Below, in pieces: positions 55,137 through 64,000 of a stretch of 64,000 nt of DNA. Each line of letters opens with the position of its first letter. Position 1 is the first letter of the stretch. The notes beneath the pieces were generated by a model. It was not told where the DNA came from and ran no database searches. It worked only from the letters and a program-made list of their open reading frames with translations. This DNA is from Naegleria gruberi (taxonomy: Eukaryota), in the NCBI GenBank assembly GCA_000004985.1, contig GG738875.1; one strand, written 5' to 3'. Made by a program: the position numbers and the translations under genes.

Positions 55137-56283
55137 TTATTTATGATGAATATGAATTTCTGTTCGGGTTGAATTGAAATATTGCTGAGCAGATGAAAAA
55201 CCCTTATCAATCATATCACTAATTTCCTTAGCATTAAATCCGATGAAGTAACCTGGAAGCCAATGTTTAGGTAGGAAGGCTCTTATTTGCACATTTGGAT
55301 CGTCCTTGTAAATTAATCGAGCATTTTCCAAATCTCTCAACAAGATATCCATTGCAGAGTTATAAATTGTTTCTAATAGAATGAAAGGTGTGGTATTGAA
55401 TTCGAATAATTTCGGATAAGGAACTGAATTGATAGCTAGAATCACATCAATTGTAATCCTACCCTGAACCTTTTCATGGGGAGACAATCTGTCTCCATTG
55501 GATTTTAATGAAGTGTAATTATTGTAAACTTTCCTAGTGAGATTCTTACACTTTTCAATGGCATCACTTATTGGAGTCATGTATTTCATTCCACCATCAA
55601 CGTACAACTCTCCATCAATATCAACAGCTGGGAATATTCCAGGAATAGCTGAGGATGCAACAATTGCTCGAATCAAATCCTTTTTCGTTTTGACATTGTC
55701 ATTAGTAAAGACACGATATGAGAATTTTCTAAGATTTGAGGCACCAATTCGCCAATATCTATTCGAAGTTGGAATTGGGGATGTGTGGAGAAGTGTGGAA
55801 TCATTAATGTTTTGATATAGATATTGGTAGAGAGGAGCAGTGTTGAATAGTCCTGATTCGTATAGGAAACCTTGTGCTAATCCGAATGGTTTCCACTCTG
55901 TGTATACATCTGAGGATTTGATGGAATGCCACTTGTCCAGAATGAATTGAATGGCATCTTTCTCTTTTCCTATTGGAAATTGAGCGAAAGAAAGAGCATT
56001 AATTGAACCACATGAATTTCCAGTTACTACATTATACTGAGTTTCTTCTTTCGGCCTATTTTCTACCAAATATTTCAAAACACCAACTGTTTGCATTTTC
56101 CATGCATCAGAATAGATTCGAATAAGTTTAAATTGTAAAATTTAGACAATGCTTACTCTCAAACGATCCTCTATCACCTCCTGATCCCAATGCAATTGCT
56201 CTACAATGATCCAAAACTTGAGAATGGGACACATTTATCAATAGAACCAAAAACACAACAAGTAATGGAATTAATCTTTGCAT
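55137..56283 (-). CDS. Patatin-like phospholipase with signal peptide (2 exons)
   Basis: Exon 1 56283..56157 (MQRLIPLLVVFLVLLINVSHS...ALGSGGDRGSFE). Intron 56156..56087 (GTAAGC...AACAG, 70 nt). Exon 2 56086..55137. Junction gives GGDRGSFEIGVLKYL (oxyanion GGxRG). GNSCG (GxSxG) and YVDGGMKY (DGG) catalytic motifs. Confidence 0.75.
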
Positions 56284-56629
56284 TTTTTTGATTTTTTCAT
56301 CAAGAGAGCAACTTTCTTAATTTGAACAATTTCCAATAATGAAACTTGTGATATTAAGAATTTGAGAAATGTGAAGATCAGAAACAATGGATCTATTTTA
56401 CAACAATAATTGCTCTTTGTTATTCGGTTCCTGTTGACAATCCTAGATTTCTATAGAAATGAAAATTTCTCGACATGCATTTCGGATATTTATTTTTTAT
56501 TATTTTGAAAACAATCAAAATAGTTAATAGTTAATTCATTGTAAACTCAACAATTAAAAATTCACCAAATTTAGTCAATTGAAAATTTCCTAATTGACCA
56601 AAAAGTTCTTTGAAAACAACACCAAAAAA

Positions 56630-57470
56630 ATGTCATCACCAGAACCTATCCTCCACATCAAACCAAACCTTCTCCAAGAGAGCGAAGCCTTTTCCTCCAA
56701 ATTATATTCGCATCCAAACGAACGTGAATTATTTTCCTATTTTTCAATCATGAGGAAATGTGCACAGAAATCTCATCACCTGAATATTAAACAATTTGAT
56801 AGGGATTTAGTTAAAGAAGGACAATCAAAGTATCCACACGCTATGGAGGAGATTTTTGAGAGTGTTTGTGTTGGTAAGTTTCTGCATTGAAATAGTTTGG
56901 AATAGTTTGGAAGTGAATGAATTATTGGAAAGTGTTCCTTGTATTGGAAAGAAGTATCCGAGTGTTTTGGATGAAAGTGTGGACGAGAGAAGAGCTGAAT
57001 TTCTTCAGGATTTGAAATCTTGTGCAGAGTTTAAAACAGCTGCCGATAACAAGTTTAAATTAGTTTCGAATGATGAAGTTTTAACAAGAAATAATCATCT
57101 CGTGCAGAAATATGATCAAATGCTGGAACAAAACGGATCCATTACAAGATTTCCAACACTATACAGTCATTTACAACATTCTTCCACTACTGTAGATCAC
57201 TCAACAACAGTTGATCAACTTGTGAAAAAGCTCAACATTGAAGAACCAGTGAAGGAAGTTGCTAAGGATTTGCATTCATCAAGTCCTAACATGGTTTCTC
57301 TCATCTACAATTTATCAACTGCATTCTGTAGAGAACAAATCTTGGATTGTATCAAGAGAAGTTCTGCAAAATCATTGGATCAGGCATCATTTGTCAATTT
57401 GAGTACTTGCTTGGGAGGATCCTGCACTGCAAAAGTATTGGAATATTTGAGTGAAAAATCTCGTGAGTAA
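56630..57470 (+). CDS. Hypothetical protein (2 exons)
   Basis: Exon 1 56630..56873. GTAAGT donor at 56874. In-frame acceptor at 56913 (40-nt intron) or 56895 (22 nt). Exon 2 to TAA at 57470. Confidence 0.4.
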
Positions 57471-57534
57471 ATCTCTAATTGAGCATTTAATTGGATTCAT
57501 GTCGAATTTATTGAACTGTCGGAAATGTTTCGAA

Positions 57535-57999
57535 TTATTTTACTACATCCGCTACTTCATAACTTGATATGTAACTCTCTTGAACTTTCCTTCTTGCCAT
57601 TTTGCAATAATCATTTGCTTGTTCCAATTTATAATAATTTTCACAATATTTACTTCCACTTTCATTTCTTTGTAATTTGTAATTTTCTAATTGAGTTGGA
57701 AATTGTTCAAAATCAATCTTGACAACAGACATGGCTTTTCCCATGATAGAAGATAGTTTTAATTGGAATATCTTATAGTAATTGACAAATAATTGATTAT
57801 TACTTTTCATTTCCTGATAGAGAGGTTTTGAAATTAGAAATAATTTTGGTATTTCATAAAGTGGAAGAAATGACATGGTGTGAACTTGTATTTCTATTGG
57901 AATTTGTTTTGGAAAGTTTGCTAGTGTTGGTGGCAGTTTGTCACTGATAATTGTTTGCTCTGGTGAGCGAGTTGGTTCCTTCTTATTTGTATTTCCCAT
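57535..57999 (-). CDS. Small N-myristoylation-consensus protein with F-box-like motif
   Basis: 154-codon ORF starting MGNTNKK. IPIEIQVHTMSFLPLYEIPKLFLISKPLYQ resembles an F-box. Confidence 0.35.
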   Translation of the reverse strand: MGNTNKKEPTRSPEQTIISDKLPPTLANFPKQIPIEIQVHTMSFLPLYEIPKLFLISKPLYQEMKSNNQLFVNYYKIFQLKLSSIMGKAMSVVKIDFEQFPTQLENYKLQRNESGSKYCENYYKLEQANDYCKMARRKVQESYISSYEVADVVK

Positions 58000-58371
58000 T
58001 TTTTTTAGTTATTTTTATTCGAAATGTCATATCGGTTCGGCAGGCCTGAGAACTTGAGATGAAATAGGTAACTTTGCTAATATTTACACAGCCATTAACT
58101 CTCTTTCCTTTGGGAGTTCTTTCTAGCAACAGATAACTGAAACAATGCCAACCACAATAACCGGAGTCTCAGTATATGTGGTGAGTGGTTGTCTTCTCAA
58201 TTAAAACCAACGATGAAACTGAACTGGAATAGTTCCCAATTATGCTTGAATTTGAATAAACAATGGACCAATTTCAGATTTCTTTCTTCGAGTAATTATT
58301 TTGGAGTGTTTTTCCACTCTTTACTTGAAAATAAATAGTTACCATTCCATCGCATTGTAACATTAAAAAAA

Positions 58372-59502
58372 ATGTCTCAACAACCAGAAATGAATCACAC
58401 AACTTGGTTTGATCAAGATTTGCTGTTGGCCAATGTGTTTCTCTATTTACATCCGTATGAATTATTTAATAATTCTATTAAATCATCTACATGTAGAAAT
58501 GTTTGCCGATCATGGAACGGTTTAATTTGTGGTGAAGAATTTTGTAAATTTTATTTTGAAAACTCGTTTTGTTGTTATTCGTCCGAACCTTTTATTAATA
58601 AGTTAAATTGTAATCAATTGTTTGATACTTTAGATGGTGCACAATTTAATTGTTTTATGGATGAGGATGATGATGATGAAGAGAGAGAATTAGTTGACCT
58701 TGGGGATGATGATGAGGATGAGGATGATATTCAAGAGGAGTTTAAGCCTATTAATAATTTAACAGTTCAAGAATCTATTAAACAATTTGAACATGAGGCA
58801 ATTACTAAAATTGGATATGAATTCAATAATTTAAATTGGAAAAATAATTTCTACAAACGATTTCTAACACTAATTGCATATTTAAAAGATATTGATTCTG
58901 CAATTTGGGGTGTAACTGAATCGTTATTAAAACCATTAGATGATTCAAAAGTATTTAAATTAAATAATTTATTGAAAAAGTGGAAATTATCAAAATTATT
59001 ATCCAGTAATATATTTGAAATCAATGAAAAGACAATATTATTTTTTAATGATGATGGAATACCATATGTATTAAGATCCATTCGTAAAAGATTAATTCTT
59101 GACAATACTGAGATTATGAAAAATATTAAATTTGGATTTGACAAGGAAAGGATCACTAAAGTCCTTCCACAACTTGACAATCAACAAGACCAACAAGTGT
59201 TGTGTGATGTAATGTGTGGATTATTTCCAAGCTTAGTAGAACAAAAGAAGAAACTGCTAATTAAAAGGCCACCATCAGCATATATTATATTTGTAAAGAG
59301 AGCAAGAGAAAAAATTACACAAGAAAATCCTACAATGACTGTTATGGAAATTTCTAAAAAAATGGCATACATTTGGAAAGATATGAATGGTGATGACAAG
59401 CAATTTTATGTAGAACAAGCAATTCAAGAAAAATTGAAATATCAAAAACAAAAAGAAGAATTCGTATATTGTATTAGTGGATTAGATGAAAATGTTAATT
59501 AA
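58372..59502 (+). CDS. F-box + HMG-box protein
   Basis: 376-codon ORF, ATG at 58372. N-terminal F-box (DQDLLLANVFLYLHPYELFNNSIKSSTCRNVCRSWNGLI), acidic DE-rich linker. C-terminal HMG box (IKRPPSAYIIFVKRAREKITQENPTMTVMEISKKMAYIWKDMNGDDKQFYVEQAIQEKLKYQK). Confidence 0.7.
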   Translation: MSQQPEMNHTTWFDQDLLLANVFLYLHPYELFNNSIKSSTCRNVCRSWNGLICGEEFCKFYFENSFCCYSSEPFINKLNCNQLFDTLDGAQFNCFMDEDDDDEERELVDLGDDDEDEDDIQEEFKPINNLTVQESIKQFEHEAITKIGYEFNNLNWKNNFYKRFLTLIAYLKDIDSAIWGVTESLLKPLDDSKVFKLNNLLKKWKLSKLLSSNIFEINEKTILFFNDDGIPYVLRSIRKRLILDNTEIMKNIKFGFDKERITKVLPQLDNQQDQQVLCDVMCGLFPSLVEQKKKLLIKRPPSAYIIFVKRAREKITQENPTMTVMEISKKMAYIWKDMNGDDKQFYVEQAIQEKLKYQKQKEEFVYCISGLDENVN

Positions 59503-60199
59503 CAAGAGGATGGCAAGAATTAACATTGAGGGATCAATAATTAATAAATGGATTTCATTCATCAACAGATTCTTTTGGAGTGGTTTTTAGAACTATTTAC
59601 GACTATTGTGATTGATTAGATTGTTCAATCAATTCTCAAACATTGATAAGGATTTTGTAATATTTCTAAATTGAAATTGCATATTTATGGTTGGGATGAT
59701 TATCTGTTAGAAGGATGGCTCTCTGATACAGTGGAATAGTTTTGAGTATTTGATTTTTTTTTTCTTGTTTTACATTGTACAATTTTGGCAAATGATTAAG
59801 GCTATTCCTATTCGTCTCACTACTTTTTCGTTATTTTTTATTCTTTCAATATTAGCTAAAGTTCAAATATTTTGATCTCCAAAACGAGAGGGTAATACCT
59901 TAACTCCAATTTTTGCAATCTTCTTACTCACATAATTTTCTCCTTCCTCAACAAGTAATCGTTCTCCATTGTAAATAACTTCATTGTAAGGAAGATAGGT
60001 AGCCCTACTCAAATAAAGTGAAATACTGTGTGCACTGTGAATGAAATGAGATCCCTTTTCAAAGACAATATAGAGTTGGACAAATAATTCGAATAGTTCC
60101 ATGACGAATGTTTGTGTTGGTGTTTCATCATGATCATGATCATTTCTATAAATTTAATTGGTAGATTGTTATATTCATGTACAATAAATATTGGAAACT

Positions 60200-60852
60200 T
60201 TACCTTTGATAGGCCTTAACTAAGAATACAAAGTGAACCAACACAATAATTACTGAATATAATACATAGGTAAAGTAAATTCCACCCTCAACCCAATTTA
60301 GCTTTGTATTGAGAGGTTTCTTCATTTTCAGAGAAACCAACTCTTTAATATATCGAGCTGTGAACAAGATGAGAAGAATGGCCATATAAGAATAGGAAAA
60401 TACTTTGAGAACAACTTGAAAATCAATCTCACTCTGAGGCATTCCCTCATAGGAGTGAACTGTTCTATTCGCTTGCATGTACGTAATTGTCACAACCTTA
60501 ATCAACAAGAATGGTCCATCATGGTCGGAGAATTTTCAAAGAGAATTAGAGTTAAATGGCAGATCACACTTACCTTCATCATTGTGTAGAGATACATATT
60601 TAATCGACGATTACCGAGTGAGTATTTGAAAATCTTGCCCAGAATATCCTTCACCTGTTGAAATCTATTTGTGTGATCATGTTGATCCGAAATGGGCAAA
60701 TCATGATATTCCAATGTATCTGTTGAACCACTTCTTTCCCTTTGCTGCCTTATTGAATGGTTCTCACCCTCTTCCAGAGGTACTTCCCCTCTCATGGAGG
60801 AGGCATTGAATGGTACATTCATTTGACTATGATAATATTCATGGGTCGTCAT
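60200..60852 (-). CDS. Hypothetical small membrane protein (2 exons, ~191 aa)
   Basis: Exon 1 60852..60574 (...YLYTMMK). Intron 60573..60497 (GTAAGT...TTAAG, 77 nt). Exon 2 60496..60200 with two C-terminal TM segments. Confidence 0.45.
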
Positions 60853-61016
60853 ATTTTTTAATATTTTGTTTATAAATTAGGTAGAATGTTAAAATTATGT
60901 TAATTTTCAATAGAAAGTGTTGGAGGATGAGTGTTTAATCCACATATTTTACCTTAATTCCCATTACTATAACATAATAATTAACATAATTGTGATCCGA
61001 GAGCTCGAGTGAAAAT

Positions 61017-62867
61017 TTAGAAACCACCTTGATTTCCAAAGACTTGTTGAATTTGAGTATTGTAGGAATTGATTGGTCCAATCCATTGTGGCTTGTTGAT
61101 GGTGAGCCAATCCCATATAATACCAGCTTCAATCTTATCAGCAAAATTAATACTAGTGTGGAAACCATCGAAAGCTTCAATCAACAAGTATGGTGGAATG
61201 TTATTCTTTGCACAATAGTCAAGCATCTTATCGAGTGGGAAATCCATGTAACCCAATTCAATATTTTGCAATTTGACAGTTTCAGAAACCTTTTTAGCAA
61301 CCATGGATAAATCTTGAGCTCTTTGTGAGGCAGCATTTCTACGAGTGGCATTGGATGTGAGCCATGTTGGACATGGATTAGCACCAGAGCAAGAAAGGAA
61401 GTTATAGAGACCTTCATAAGTACAACCCAATGGGTGAGTTCTGTTGTGCATTTGATTGAACAAGATTCTACCATCAACCAATCCCATCAATAATAATTTG
61501 CTGTTTGGTGGAGATCTCTTATCGAGAACATTCAAACCACTAATAAGTCTTTCATAATATTGATCTGTAGTGGTCATTTCACTCAATTCATCCTTACAGA
61601 CATCATTACCAATATAAGCCAAAAATCCAAGATATGGCAATGAATTTGGAGTCATGGAAAGTCCAGGAATTTGATCACTCAAAAAGTTTTCAATCTTACC
61701 ACCATTGTGGCCAACATTTTGATATTGTCTATGCATACACAAGTTACGTTGTCTCATTCTCAAATAGACAGAACCATCATCACCAATCAAGGAAGAATTC
61801 CAACCAGTTGACCAACACTTTTGTGGCCAATCAAATTCATCTTCCAAAACAAATCCTAAATCAGACATGTTATCAACATCCAACCATTCAGGTGGAACGT
61901 GGAAACCACTTGAAGCACTATCACCAAACATGATAACTTGTCTAGTAGTAACATTACAGTACAAACTTTCATAGGACTCGCCAGTCTTTGGTTCAGTTCC
62001 ATAAACTCCATTACAGTTCATATCTCTGTTATTTTGATTGTTATCATAGATACCTGGCTTGATTCCAGGATTCTTGTCATCACAATCCATACCTCTCCAA
62101 TCAGCATTTCTAAGCAACATGTGACTGCCAGGGAACAAGTCGTGATCATCATCACCAGCTGTTGGAACAACAGGTTGACCTCTCACATTCAAACCACCAG
62201 CTTTAGCAGGTGCCATCTTTTTCTTTAACAAGACCAAAGAAACAATCCAAGCTCTCAAAAGGGCAACAACTTGTGCCTTCTTTTCCTTTTGTAATTGAGC
62301 AGCATCCTTGTTATTTTCCTTTTGAGCTAACTTTTCAAATTTGGCAGTGACCATATCCTTGACAAGTTGATTCATCATTTCCTTGTTCTTTGTAAGTGCT
62401 GGAAGTTGGAGAGCATTCAATTGTGCCAAAACTTCACCCAATTCTCTCTTTGCATTTTCAGCATATTCAACACTGTATTTTCCAGTGAGTGTGCTATTAT
62501 CCAATCTACATCCATTACAACTGGCAAATTTCATAGCGACACAAATTTCAGTTGCAGGATAATCCTTCAACAACATATTTACAATCACATCAAGAGCTCC
62601 CTTGACCAACAAGTCACAAACCAACTTGTATTTCGAATAGTGTTCAGGAATGGCATCACAAATCTTTTCAGCAAACAAGTCGAGTCTTGGATTTTCCTTA
62701 TGGATTTCATTTTCAACCATTGTCAACAAGACATTGCAAATGGTACAATCAAAATTGTTTGCCCTCAGTTTATCAGCAGCTTCCGAACTGATTTTAACAT
62801 TTCCAAAACCTGCAACTTGATGATATGAAATGACAAGAATCATCATGATCATTGCCAAAATACACAT
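61017..62867 (-). CDS. Acyloxyacyl hydrolase-like (saposin-like domain + GDSL/SGNH lipase domain), secreted
   Basis: 616-codon ORF, ATG at 62867, signal peptide. Saposin-like Cys pattern (NFDCTICNVLLTMVENEIHKEN...ICD...C..L). GDSL motif FGDSASSGF. Overall AOAH architecture. Confidence 0.75.
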   Translation of the reverse strand: MCILAMIMMILVISYHQVAGFGNVKISSEAADKLRANNFDCTICNVLLTMVENEIHKENPRLDLFAEKICDAIPEHYSKYKLVCDLLVKGALDVIVNMLLKDYPATEICVAMKFASCNGCRLDNSTLTGKYSVEYAENAKRELGEVLAQLNALQLPALTKNKEMMNQLVKDMVTAKFEKLAQKENNKDAAQLQKEKKAQVVALLRAWIVSLVLLKKKMAPAKAGGLNVRGQPVVPTAGDDDHDLFPGSHMLLRNADWRGMDCDDKNPGIKPGIYDNNQNNRDMNCNGVYGTEPKTGESYESLYCNVTTRQVIMFGDSASSGFHVPPEWLDVDNMSDLGFVLEDEFDWPQKCWSTGWNSSLIGDDGSVYLRMRQRNLCMHRQYQNVGHNGGKIENFLSDQIPGLSMTPNSLPYLGFLAYIGNDVCKDELSEMTTTDQYYERLISGLNVLDKRSPPNSKLLLMGLVDGRILFNQMHNRTHPLGCTYEGLYNFLSCSGANPCPTWLTSNATRRNAASQRAQDLSMVAKKVSETVKLQNIELGYMDFPLDKMLDYCAKNNIPPYLLIEAFDGFHTSINFADKIEAGIIWDWLTINKPQWIGPINSYNTQIQQVFGNQGGF

Positions 62868-63200
62868 TCTTCCCCATCCTATAGTAGTAATGCATTTTCC
62901 ACAGTAACAATAATAATATCATCATGTTTAAATATTTCATCAAATGAAATTTCATAAAGATAACAAGAAATATAAAATCATTTTGTGTGGTTGGAAGAAT
63001 ATGAACCAAGCTGTTGAAAACACAATTACTTACTCGATGATGATGTTCGCTGTTGTTGTAGAGACATTTTTTTCAGCTTGGTGAAAGGCTTATCCACAAC
63101 AAGAATCGCCCTTTGTGATTCTTCAACAATCTATGAAGAGTTACAGTTTACTAGATTTTGAGATATATTGGAATAGATATTTATATTTTGCATCCATATT

Positions 63201-64000
63201 TTACATGACAAGGCAGTTCAATAATCCTTGCCTTTGAGGTGGCTGTGGTTGCGGATTGTTTGGTTGTGGTTGCTGTAGTTGTTGTGGTTGTGGAGGAATA
63301 ATGAGAGGCCTTATTCTGGCTGGCACTGGTTGAGGGTTTGGTTGCGGAATTAATTGAAGAGGTATTTGATTATTCACAGGAGGATTTACTTGTCTTGGAC
63401 GAATAATTTCAGGAGGAACATCAAAAGTAAGGCAAGAACCAGCTCTAAAATGTGCATAAGTTGCTTGTCCTGTTGCAAATCCTTTCAAACATAACCAACA
63501 AAAATGTTGTCCGCAATAACAACAAGCTAAAATAAGTGAACAAGTGAGCTCACTAATAAATAGATTCAAAAACTTACTCATATGATTGCATCCTTCACTC
63601 TTTTCAATTCGTTGGGAACAACTTGGGCATGGCTTTGTTTTGGTATTCATCCACTCTCTTGTTTTGTCCTCGTCTCCACATTTTTGTCCCTTGTGTGATT
63701 TCTTTTCACATTCCTTACAAAAACTCAAGTTACAGGTTTGGCAAATAATGTCTGAACCATCAATTCGACAAACAGATCCACAATTTTTTGGGCAATACTT
63801 GTATGATTCTGGATTTTCTAGCAAAAAGTCCTCTAATGCTTTTGTATATGTCTTCTCTTGTTTGGTTTCGAGGTACATCAATATTTCAGAAATGGATAAA
63901 TCCATTTCACAACATGAACAAACAAAGCTATTTGGATTTTGAATTTGAAAACGAAAACAATCTTTGCAAATCTCGTGGTTACATCCTATTGTTCTGAAAG
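63201..64000 (-). CDS. RBR-type E3 ubiquitin ligase (IBR + RING2/Rcat), 5' part outside the window
   Basis: Exon 2 63526..63201. Intron 63577..63527 (GTAAGT...TTTTAG, 51 nt). Upstream exon ends at 63578 and continues past 64000. Splicing gives EGCNHM-T-CCYCGQHFCWLCLKGF (Rcat). IBR CPKNCGSVC...CQTCNLSFCKEC...H. P/Q-rich C-terminal tail. Confidence 0.7.
   Translation of the reverse strand, partial: FRTIGCNHEICKDCFRFQIQNPNSFVCSCCEMDLSISEILMYLETKQEKTYTKALEDFLLENPESYKYCPKNCGSVCRIDGSDIICQTCNLSFCKECEKKSHKGQKCGDEDKTREWMNTKTKPCPSCSQRIEKSEGCNHMSKFLNLFISELTCSLILACCYCGQHFCWLCLKGFATGQATYAHFRAGSCLTFDVPPEIIRPRQVNPPVNNQIPLQLIPQPNPQPVPARIRPLIIPPQPQQLQQPQPNNPQPQPPQRQGLLNCLVM

Noticed and set aside
59863-60102. 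79-aa minus-strand ORF (…NGERLLVEEGENYVSKKIAKIGVKVLPSRF…)
   Set aside because: Faint resemblance to the Hsp10/GroES C-terminus, but too short and ambiguous, with a non-ATG track start. Left unannotated.

Overview
AT-rich (~65% AT) eukaryotic nuclear DNA from a draft assembly, with a 50-N scaffold gap at 11074..11123. It is gene-dense on both strands, with about 40 protein-coding genes. Coding regions are rich in N/Q/S/T low-complexity tracts. Spliceosomal introns have GTAAGT/GTATGT donors and AG acceptors and range from about 40 to 370 nt; several are only 40-51 nt. The content looks amoebozoan and dictyostelid-like (PqaA-like gene, acyloxyacyl hydrolase, discoidin-like domains, cAMP-signalling cyclase), but that placement is inference. 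Three tRNA genes are present: Val-UAC, Ala-UGC and Ser-GCU, each followed by a T-run Pol III terminator. Clear housekeeping genes are alanyl-tRNA synthetase (2 exons), ribosomal protein eL36 and a Lag1/TLC ceramide synthase. Notable accessory content: (1) a ~4.1 kb block present twice on either side of the N gap, with the upstream copy carrying three gene-disrupting differences; (2) two tandem genes fusing a ribosomal stalk P0 (uL10)-like domain to an F-box and a Cys/His finger, next to a degenerate 2OG-oxygenase; (3) a ~1790-aa multi-pass membrane protein with a PAS domain and a class III cyclase domain predicted to be adenylate-specific, containing 44- and 45-nt introns; (4) a secreted PhoPQ-activated-pathogenicity-related-like protein fused to an ice-binding-like (DUF3494) domain; (5) an F-box + HMG-box protein and an F-box/LRR protein with variable 72-bp repeat number; (6) tRNA-Ala located 1 kb upstream of the AlaRS gene. 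The supplied ORF track uses alternative start codons (TTG/GTG translated as M), so several ORF N-termini are not real ATG starts. Some frame disruptions sit in short homopolymers and could be sequencing errors. All coordinates were derived by eye and may be off by 1-2 nt.
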